Position numbers and translations under genes: made by a program
In this document: piece after piece, positions 54,201 through 64,000 of the stretch
Position numbering within the stretch: position 1 is the stretch's first letter
How the letters are laid out: each line of letters starts with the position of its first letter
Notes under the pieces: model-generated
The model's database searches: none
The model's input: only the letters and a program-made list of their open reading frames with translations
Told to the model about the DNA's origin: nothing
NCBI GenBank assembly: GCA_950097015.1
Contig: CATNEN010000039.1
Span: 9,052,001 to 9,116,000 of the forward strand
Reading direction: 5' to 3'
Length of the DNA: 64,000 nt
Origin: Macrostomum hystrix
Lineage: Eukaryota; Animalia; Platyhelminthes

Positions 54201-55305
54201 AGCAGCTGGGAGATGGGGAAGGCTGTGTCAGCAGCTGGGAGATGGGATATCTGTGTCAGCCGGGAGATGGGGAAGGCTGTGTCAGCAAGCTGTGAGATTG
54301 GATAGCTGTGTCAGCAAGCTGTGAGATGGGGATATCTGTGTCAGCAGCTGGGAGATGGGGAAGGCTGTGTCAGCAGCTGGGAGATGGGATATCTGTGTCA
54401 GCCGGGAGATGGGGAAGGCTGTGTCAGCAAGCTGTGAGATGGGATAGCTGTGTCAGCAAGCTGTGAGATGGGGATAGCTGTGTAAGCAGCTGGGAGATCG
54501 GATATCTGTGTCAGCTGGGAGATGGGGAAGGCTGTGTCAGCTGGGAGATGGGGAAGGCTGTGTCAGCTGGGAGATGGGGAAGGCTGTGTCAGCAGCTGGG
54601 AGATCGGATATCTGTGTCAGCTGGGAGATGGGGAAGGCTGTGTCAGCGAACTGGGAGATGGGGATGGCTGTGAGAATCAAACAGAATCTCCCAACAGCTG
54701 GGAGAATGGCAAGGTGGGAGATGGGGAAGGCTGTGTCAGCAAACTGGGAGAATGGCAAGGTGGGAGATGGGGAAGGCTGTGTCAGCAAACTGGGAGAATG
54801 GCAAGGTGGGACATTGGGATGGCTGTGTCAGCTGTGGATAGCAGTCTTGGGAACATGAGAATAAGAGGAGATTGACAAACCTTTCAACATTCTTTGCACC
54901 AGGTGGAATAACAAGCGGCTTGTTCAGTTGCTGCTGCTGCTGTTGCTGCATTAGCTGCTGTTGCTGCTGCATGAGCAACATGTGCTGCTGCTGCTGCTGT
55001 GGAGTGGCTGGAGGGGTTGGCAAGTGCACAGAGGTGACAGATGAGCTTGGCTGGGACACAGGACTCATCAGGTGATTGCCTTGGTGCTGCTGCTGGTGAA
55101 CGATGATTCCTGACTGATCGCCATTCACCATGGCAACTGGGGCGTTTTGGACAATCATTGACGGCTGCTGCTGCTGCTGCTGCTGCTGAGAGGGATAAGC
55201 GGCGCCAGCAGCGGCGTGGTGATAGGCCGGGGCAAAAGACTGCGCTGATTGGTGCACAGCAGCGGCAGAAGTCGGTAGCGTCAGTGCCTGACCCGCCGCA
55301 CTCAT
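51211..55305 (-). CDS. TDG: Thymine DNA glycosylase family (TDG/MUG), paralogue B
   Basis: Exons 55305-54881, 53906-53744, 53616-53414, 53190-53108, 52970-52750, 52223-51834, 51741-51211; same catalytic motifs as paralogue A; start codon assumed at 55305. Confidence 0.95.
52300..52732. repeat. Intronic minisatellite, 21-bp unit shared with TDG-A intron
   Basis: ctagatatcccatagacaata tandem copies. Confidence 0.95.
53905..54835. repeat. Expanded degenerate intronic repeat (gctgtgtcagcagctgggagatggggaag)
   Basis: Tandem variants; about four times longer than the paralogous array. Confidence 0.9.
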
Positions 55306-56614
55306 GCTGGCCAGCGTGTTGTCACTGATTGCAGTCGAGCGCAATTTTGTGAACAGAACAGAACACAAGGTTTTTGCTGGCTTATTACCTTTATGTGAGC
55401 CGATATCGCCTGTTGTAAGCTCAGCCTTATCTAAAAAAGCAGCAGTTAGCAGAACGGAGACGGAGATGGCTAATGCAGAGATCAGCTGAAAGGTTAAGAT
55501 ACATTAAGGCGTAATTTAGTGTTTAGGAAAATAAATGAGATCTGATAACTATCAAGGCAGCTAGAAGTTAACAAGGAAAACGGAAGTGTACTTGTGTTAC
55601 TAACTTAGTATTGTTTTTAACAGTTAGTATGAACAAGAGAAAGTTTTATATTTTATAATACTAATATATATGAATTAAACAATTATGTACCTCATTTATC
55701 TAATATGTCATATTAGTATAATAAAATCTTGATTTATAATTTAATCTAATTTTTCTTAGTAAAGTAGTTTAAATTTCCAAATATGATGGACCAAATGAAC
55801 ACAAACTGGAATAGTAAAATGCAATAGTCAATGCAATATGTCAATAAACTATAATAATATAATGAATAACAATACTATAACTTATATACTATATGCCAAT
55901 TAAAATTTTCAGCCATAAAAAGTTATTTATAACAGCAAAAACAATTCTTCTGGCATACAAAATAACCCCTAATGATTAATATTTTGCTTTGGTCACTGTT
56001 AAAATTATATTTTGTCAAAATTAAAATATTGCTAGCTGTCCTCACACAATAATGGATACACTAAGCTGCTTAGTATGAAAACTAAGACTTATTCAGTTAT
56101 TTTTTACAAAATTAAAGTGGAAAAGCCAATAACAAATCCTGTGAGTAAAAATAGCAAAAATAACAAACTAACAAATAACAATTGCATAGCATAGTGAGTA
56201 TCATTTCATATTTATTGGTATGAGGCAATGGGGATAAGTGTTGCCTATCTATAAGCCTCATGGCCACAGAGCATGCCAGAAATTTCTGGTATAGATTTCA
56301 ATTACTAGTGTACACAAGTGTAGAAATTGATTTTCTGTACTTCTGGCAATGGTAAAATTGATATCATGTGGAAAGGGACCAGAGCATGAGCCCCACAGTA
56401 TAATCAATAAGTTACATAACCTATAAATATAGTAAAAATAGAGGACATTGAGTAAGCATGAGGTTACATTATTATTTGTAGGAGGGCGATAGGCAATTGC
56501 ACATCATTTAGTAACACTAGACCTACAGCCAGCAAGGAAGTGATTCTGCCCATTTGCTAATTCCTAAGCACACACTCACACAGATACCAAACACAAACAT
56601 ATTCTCACATAGTT

Positions 56615-56815
56615 CTGTACACCTGCCCTGACTTTTAGATTGTCAGGCAGTGTACACTTCACAGTGCCTTATAGGGTTCATCCTCAATGGCATAAAATAC
56701 ACAACAAGCCCCTATGCTTTCTCTCTACACTATACCCAAATTTAATGTGGCCTCACTGCAGAGTAAAGCAGAGTTAAGGGACCTTCATGCAAGAGGCAAA
56801 TGGGTGACCTACCTA
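56615..56815 (-). mobile_element. CpG-decayed SINE family 1 copy
   Basis: tgtacacctgccctgactttt...ggcagtgtacac...gtgcctt...acaagcccc aligns with 4041-4230. Confidence 0.75.
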
Positions 56816-57656
56816 CTGACCCTTATTTATATATATTTATTTATATACTTATAAATATATGCTTTTTTATAAAAAGTTAGCCTTTTTTACTCTTCTAAAA
56901 TATACTTACATGTAAAATTATTCTTATTTAAGCATTTTGTGGAATTATTAAAGTCTACTGTTTATTTCACTTTATAGCACTCTTGCAAACATTGGTTATA
57001 GTTTGTTAAATTTTATGCTTTAGATTAAACCTTTCAAATATACACTTCTTTTATTCTGGGTACTGATACTGTTATACAGAATTTTTTTTTGAAGCAACTG
57101 GTATACAGGTGCAATTAGTTACAGCTAGCTCTGGTCTGCAACTTATATTATAATTGCAATGGTATATTGAATGTTTAATGAAAATCATTATTACAAGTTT
57201 AATGCACAGCATATTATGACTAATAGTTAATTTATAGTTGTTACTAATAGTACTTAACTTATGTTATGATTATAGAAAAAGCTAACAATTCCATTAAATG
57301 AGTATAATCACTGAAAAGTTAAAAGTTTTAAACTGTTATAGATACAAACTTACTTTAGACTTTTACTTCAACCATTTACAGTTTTTAAGCTATGCATGTT
57401 GCAGAAAAGTGCAACTGTCCAGTAATTTTATCTTTAGTCTCTATTTATTTCTCATCACGGCTTTGATGCGCTCACCACTCCATTCAATTAATGTACATGT
57501 AGTAACTTATTGATTGCCTAACATCTTGCTATTGTCAGCCATGCGCCTTAGCTATAACCCTGTCATGACCCACCCCTCCCTTATCGGTTTATGCCCCTGT
57601 TAGCACAATAAATTAACTGTTCAAGGCCTAGAGCTTCTACTGGAGCTTGTTTAATG

Positions 57657-58305
57657 GAATACAGGACAGTTCGGTAACAGACAGTTCGGTAACAGACAGT
57701 TCGGTAACACTCAAGGACAGTTCAGTAACATACAGGAGACAGTTCGGTAACACACCGGGGACAGTTCGGTAACAATTGAAAGTCAATAAAATCAATCTAG
57801 GTTTGTTCTAACAATGTATCTACTATCGTTGCTAGGACACAACTGACTGATGTTACTGATGTATCTGAAACTGACACGTCATTTAGAGTGTGCAAGTAGG
57901 GTAAAGGCTCGTTCAAAGGGATGTACAAAGGGATGAAAAATTAGTGCAAATTGTGTGATCACACGAAATTTGGCCTCACTTGATGACTGTATGAATGACT
58001 TGATGACGGTACATTGTCGCTATTTGACACCCAAATGTGAAATATGTAACATGCAAAATGCAACCTCATACTCATATTTCGAAAAGCTAAATATGGTTCG
58101 AAGTGCTATTGACTTTACTTTGTAACTTTACCAAACTAAACATAAAATAATTTCGCAAAAAAACCCTTCCGATCCAGTTTAATCAATTGTTACCGAACTG
58201 TCCCTTGATATGTTACCGAACTGTCCTGTGGTGTTACCGAACTGTCCTGTGGTGTTACCGAACTGTCTGTTACCGAATTGTCTGTTACCGAATTGTCCTG
58301 TTACC
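57657..58305. mobile_element. Non-autonomous DNA transposon (MITE) with internally repetitive TIRs and 8-bp TSD
   Basis: Six gacagttcggtaac motifs at left, six inverted at right; direct repeat gtttaatg at 57649-57656 and 58306-58313. Confidence 0.88.
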
Positions 58306-59279
58306 GTTTAATGTCACCTAAACAATCACTCTTAAGTCCAAGTTTATTCATAATGTGCAATCAATGGTATATCTGCTTCACATTGTGTTAAATATAATGT
58401 TAGACCTAATTTCCTAAAAGTTTAACATAATAGTATGGTATAAAATTTTTGCAATATGCTTATATGCTAACAATAAGTATATTTTCAATTAAAACTTGCC
58501 TTCAATTGAAAATTTAAATTCTACAGTCTCATTAAATTGAAATTTACCAATTAATATCACTTTCAAGACAAAAGTTTGAATTCAGACTCAAAGTGATATC
58601 AACCTTTATTTTATAAAGGTCCATTTGATATGCTATATTAGCTATTTAAATAACAAGTAATTTAGTTTACTCATTAATTGTGACTTATGTATTTTATGGG
58701 GAATGGATTTAACTTTAAACTAGGCCTGCTTTGTAAAACGTAAGACGATTTGAAAGATAATTGGATTTTAGTTCATTAAGATGAAAATTTTGGACGACAG
58801 TGATAGTAATAATATGCTATATGCCAAGCTAATTTACAATCACAACGGATCTCACAAGGGTGTAAACTGTGTTATGGATAATAGTCTAATATATATAGAT
58901 ACAGAAAGACAGGTCGACGTGAACAGTTAATCAATAACGTTTAGTTCCTTTTATAAACTACAAATACTGCCTACAAATATAATAGATATACGATATGTAT
59001 GAACATATTTAGGCATGACAATTGCCGCCCACCAAAGCAGTCTTTAGCATTTTCACACAGAATTTGTAGGAAAGGTATTAGAAAATATGTAAATCGTCAA
59101 AAGTCAAATCTTTAGATATTCTAACTATAGCAATCTTCATAACTAAATGCAAGGGCACAAAGAACATAAAGTTGTCAGTTTGATTGGTCATAATAAAAAC
59201 TATATTCATTGCAAATTTTATTTTTCTCACAATTTGTTATATTTTATGCTTCTTTATTGTTTTTTCTACGGTGTTTGGA

Positions 59280-60320
59280 GGGGTCCTAGTCATTTCGTCA
59301 ACTGCCGTTTCGTCAACTGACCATTTCGTCAACTCTAGTTTTACATTGGTCGTTTCGTCAACTGGTTAATAAGGCGGTCTCACAACTTGGTCACTTCGTC
59401 AACTGGCCAATAAGACGATCTCCAACCTTGGTCACTTCGTCAACTGTCGAATGGGAACCTCTACAATCTTGGTCACTTCGTCAACTGCCAATGCCAATTG
59501 CTAATTATTCCATTAACTTCTCCGAGCTCCCGAATTCAATGCGCTTTCGTTATCTTAACAAAAAAGATCTTAACAACGATATCTTAGAAAATTATCGCAG
59601 CGCGACAGAAGAACCTCTGGCAGGCTGTCCAAATTCAATTCATGTGAAGTATATTTCGCATTGGCTTAGGGAAAATGTTAAACAGAATAATATTATTGAC
59701 ATGCATGGTGGCAAGGCGCATACTGCAGAGAATGGGAGCAGAGAGAGTCATGCAGCACGATGCAAATAGGTAGGTACTATTTAAACACAGTAAATATTAG
59801 AGGCATTACAGATAACAAGGTGTTTGTGCAAGTAATATCCGCCCATGAAAGTCTTTCTTGTCTGTTCCGCACTCACTGCTGCTGCTGTTGTTGCTGCGCC
59901 CTGTGCGCGAACTGCGGGACGTGGCCAAGGCGGGTGCAGCTGCGCAGGAATGCTCGAATCGAGAGCGCTCTGCGGCGGTACTGCTCCCAGTAGCCCTCGA
60001 CTTTCACTTGTAGCTGCTCGTACCGCGCCCGGTGCTGTCGCTCTTGCACTCCTTGCTGCACCAGTGCGGCCTGCAATGGCACTAGGAGCGTCTCCTTGTG
60101 GAGCAGGCGAATGAGAGGGTACATGACCACTCATATGCGTCCAAGCGCATTAAGCGTCTGTACTCTGCGATCGAAACATTCATTCCGCAAACACGGTGCT
60201 GCCATCGCTCACACCGATCACATTGCAGTTTCTGCTGACGTGGTCGCCCACGCCAATTGTTACACAGAATACAATTGTTTGCATCATTCTGCATTATTAG
60301 CAAAGGTTCGACAACTAATG
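59280..60320 (-). mobile_element. Internally deleted MULE-type transposon: repetitive terminus, transposase C-terminal helices and N-terminal PHD finger
   Basis: ttcgtcaact motif repeated ~7 times at 59290-59490. 60130-59873 encodes YPLIRLLHKE...RARYEQLQ...YWEQY...FLRSC, resembling a MULE C-terminus. 60303-60120 encodes CILC...QCDRCERWQHRVC...WSC (PHD). No DDE core; second terminus not found. Confidence 0.75.
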
Positions 60321-61339
60321 AGCAAGAAATTTAGGCTTTTTGACTCTAGGCCGGGGCCTCCATTATATTACTTCTCGCTTGGGTTCCGCTCAGCCTGCAA
60401 TCGCACATTATGTTGGAATTAGCACTTTAGGGGGCGTGGAGGAGCTAGGGTCCGGGGACATTTTTTGACTCGTAATTGAATAGGCAATTATGGGAATTAA
60501 GTCAGCAAGTCAAGAGAAATTGAGTCAGCAATTTTGTCAGTAAGGCTTCAGTCACATGATAGCTTAACCATTCCAGAATTTTGATATTCTGCCTGCTGTT
60601 TTACAATGCTGAAGTCACATGGGGATATAAAAGATTTGAGCTTGGTTTAGAGAAACAAGTTGCAAAAAATGATTGGCAAAGTTTTTGCCTATCGCATATA
60701 CTGCCCAGATCAGTTCTTAGGCATTGCGAGCAGCGTACCACTGGCATAGCTGCAAAATGTTAAATATAGTTAAATTGTTATCATTGGCAGCTGCAGCAGC
60801 TGAACAAGCCGCAGTATTCAGTTTATAATTTCATAATCCTATTTTTGCATGAAAGTTTTCTCCGAAAATGTTTTCCCAATTCAGTGCAGCAGCCCTTTGG
60901 GACCGACGCAAATAAGTTTAGCCATCTATCCGGGATATGAATTTCTCTTTCTGTACAAATTCTTCCGCGTCTTCTTCCGCAACACGCAAAAATCCCCTAC
61001 ATTATACGCTTGTCCGCAGTTTCCCAACCGCCCAAGCCTTCTCCCCATTCCTGCCCGCAAATATTGCACCCGGGTTTTATCAAGCAGACGGAAATTATGG
61101 CTGCAGGAGAGATGGGTCAGGCTGCTGTTGAGGAGCCTGGCAGATGGGCAAGCGAAGATGGGGAAAGGAAATTTGGGATCTGGGAGGGGATGACAGTACA
61201 GCATTATTGACAGGAGGCAGAAAGGACTGCGCTATACAGACCCCATCCTGCTGATTGAAGCGCATTCATGCGATTAGCTTGCTTATCTGAAATAAAGCTT
61301 TATAATAACTGGTTTGAAAACCTAAGGTAACTGTAACAG

Positions 61340-62979
61340 GCCGATAGAACTGACAGACGGATAGATAGAACTGACAGACGGACAGATAGAACTGACAGAC
61401 GGACAGATAGAACTGACAGACGGACAGATAGAACTGACAGACGGACAGATAGAACTGACAGACGGATAGATAGAACTCACAGACAGACAGATAGAACTGA
61501 CAGACGGACAGATAGAACTCACAGACAGACAGATAGAACTGACAGAGGGATAGATAGAACTGACAGGCAGATAGAACTGACAGACGGATAGATAGAACTG
61601 ACAGACGGATAGATAGAACTGACAGGCAGATAGAACTGACAGACGGATAGATAGAACTGACAGACAGACAGATAGAACTGACAGACGGACAGATAGAAGT
61701 GACAGACGGACAGATAGAAGTGACAGACGGATAGATAGAACTGACAGACGGATAGATAGAACTGACAGGCAGATAGAAGTGACAGACGGATAGATAGAAC
61801 TGACAGACAGACAGATAGAACTGACAGGCAGATAGAACTGACAGACGGATAGATAGAACTGACAGACAGACAGATAGAACTGACAGGCAGATAGAACTGA
61901 CAGACGGATAGATAGAACTGAGAGACAGACAGATAGAACTGACAGACGGATAGATAGAACTGACAGACAGACAGATAGAACTGACAGGCAGATAAAACTG
62001 ACAGACGGATAGATAGAACTGACAGACAGACAGATAGAACTGACAGACGGATAGATAGAACTGACAGACAGACAGATAGAACTGACAGGCAGATAGAACT
62101 GACAGACGGATAGATAGAACTGACAGACAGACAGATAGAACTGACAGACGGACAGATAGAAGTGACAGACGGATAGATAAAACTGACAGACGGACAGATA
62201 GAACTGACAGGCAGATAGAAGTGACAGACGGACAGATAGAACTGACAGACAGACAGATATAACTGACAGACGGACAGATAGAACTGACAGACGGATAGTA
62301 GAACTGACAGACAGACAGATAGAACTGACAGACGGACAGATAGAACTGACAGACAGACAGATAGAACTGACAGGCAGATAGAACTGACAGACGGATAGAT
62401 AGAACTGACAGACAGACAGATAGAACTGACAGATGGATAGATAGAACTGACAGACAGACAGATAGAACTGACAGGCAGACAGATATAACTGACAGACGGA
62501 TAGATAGAACTGACAGACAGACAGATAGAACTGACAGGCAGATAGAACTGACAGACGGATAGATAGAACTGACAGACAGACAGATAGAACTGACAGACGG
62601 ATAGATAGAACTGACAGACAGACAGATAGAACTGACAGACGGACAGATAGAACTGACAGGCAGATAGAACTGACAGACGGATAGATAGAACTGACAGACA
62701 GACAGATAGAACTGACAGACGGATAGATAGAACTGACAGACGGATAGATAGAATTGACAGACAGACAGATAGAACTGACAGACAGACAGATAGAACTGAC
62801 AGGCAGATAGAACTGACAGACGGACAGATAGAACTGACAGACGGATATATAGAGCTAACAGACGGATAGATAGAACTGACAGACGGACAGATAACTGACA
62901 GGCAGATAGAAGTGACAGATGGGCAGATAGAACTGACAGACAGACAGATAGAACTGAAAGACAGACTGACAGTGAGAAA

Positions 62980-63076
<97 letters not shown>

Positions 63077-63080
63077 GGCA
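61340..63080. repeat. Minisatellite ~17-21 bp (gatagaactgacagacggaca) grading into (gaca)n microsatellite
   Basis: Tandem copies; pure GACA run ~62980-63075. Confidence 0.95.
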
Positions 63081-63793
63081 GGCAATATTTTAGTGTTTAA
63101 ATAGCTACAGGGATTTTTGCATGGCTGCAGCTAGATTGCAAAAACCCATTTCGCAATGGATTTTGGTTGGCCGAAGCGACAGAAAATCGAACAAGGCGGA
63201 TGGGATCTGGCACTGGGCATTGTGGGGTGGGGGCAGAATCGATGTGCCGCCTCTGCGCGGCAATCAATTCTATTTGACCACGCGGCCTCTGTTGGGTCAA
63301 TCGATTTTTCTGATTGCCTTATAATTCACTCCTCCCGTTTAGCTCGATGGCATCTTAAAAGTGCGATAAAATCTTTTTAGATTCTCTCAGCCCTTCTTAA
63401 TTTTTCAATCTATTACGAGCAATCTCCTATATCATTCTACAACCCTCTCTCCATCTCACTCTTATCGCTACCTATCACTATTATCTTTCTCTCTCACTCT
63501 TATCTCTTACTGGCAATTCAGTTTTATTTCCAAGAACACCGCCCACTCCATTACGATTTAGGCATAGATGAACAAAAGCTGAACATTATTACAGCAGTGT
63601 CACACCGGCCTTGAGTGGCACCCGTTGCAATCAACCAATCAGATCGCTTCATGTCTGTAGAAAGCTGGGAGAATGCCCACTTGAAATCTATATGAGCCAT
63701 AGCTGAGGAACCACGATGGATGCACCGTACTGCCGATCCGCCTTCTGTCAGAATAAAAAGTGCGAGTAAAACCAGTTAAAAGGGCCTATCAAG

Positions 63794-64000
63794 ATGGCAC
63801 CGAAAATCCGTTGGTGGCTGTTGCTAGCGGCTGTTTTAATAACCTCTTCCGTCTCCGCAGCTCCATGCTTCAACTATCGAGGCTGGCAGAATCCATGCCA
63901 CAATGTCACTTGCCCGGATAATGCCCAGTGCGTGCCGGCTCTGAATTTGCACAAGTACAAATGCACCTGCCCTACAGACTGCTGGGACATTGGTGATAGC
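63794..64000 (+). CDS. 5' end of an agrin-like follistatin/Kazal-domain secreted protein
   Basis: MAPKIRWWLLLAAVLITSSVSA signal peptide, then PCFNY...NPCHNVTCPDNAQCVPALNLHKYKCTCPTDCWDIGDS (follistatin-N Cys spacing and the GDS motif of invertebrate agrin); runs off the window. Confidence 0.75.
   Translation, partial: MAPKIRWWLLLAAVLITSSVSAAPCFNYRGWQNPCHNVTCPDNAQCVPALNLHKYKCTCPTDCWDIGDS

Noticed and set aside
43131-55305. TDG pair as an uncollapsed allelic assembly artefact
   Set aside because: Unalignable introns, a differing intron count and ~19% exon-4 divergence indicate true paralogues
60849-61250. Short overlapping ORFs near 61 kb
   Set aside because: No recognisable domain or consistent splice partners

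Overview
Eukaryotic (animal) genomic DNA with GC-rich exons and introns filled by many unrelated minisatellites. The style suggests a free-living flatworm such as Macrostomum; that is inference only. Splicing by hand (GT-AG sites, phase-consistent) gives eight gene models: (1) the 3' part of a Cys-rich secreted protein, possibly ZP-like (2578-13018, +); (2) a ~1000-aa signal-peptide, multi-pass membrane protein, possibly distantly STAMP-like (15293-25805, +); (3) a small orphan (27947-28436, +); (4) cysteine string protein DNAJC5 (29389-31140, +); (5) a protein with an ARID5B-type BAH-like N-terminus and a Q/H-rich tail (32870-36495, -); (6,7) two tandem TDG/MUG DNA glycosylase paralogues (43131-47039 and 51211-55305, -); (8) the start of an agrin-like follistatin-domain gene (63794-end, +). 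Mobile DNA includes two tRNA-derived SINE families, a MITE with an 8-bp target-site duplication, and a deleted MULE with a PHD finger. The strongest lead is the TDG pair. Both copies share non-canonical active-site residues (GINPM for GINPG, Ser at human A145, Ile at human T197). They show patchwork homogenisation, differ by one intron inside a polyQ tract, and lie next to a ~2-kb nearly CpG-free block whose SINE copy has decayed at CpGs. Most long ORFs in the supplied track are minisatellite artefacts. All family calls come from remembered sequences, not database searches.
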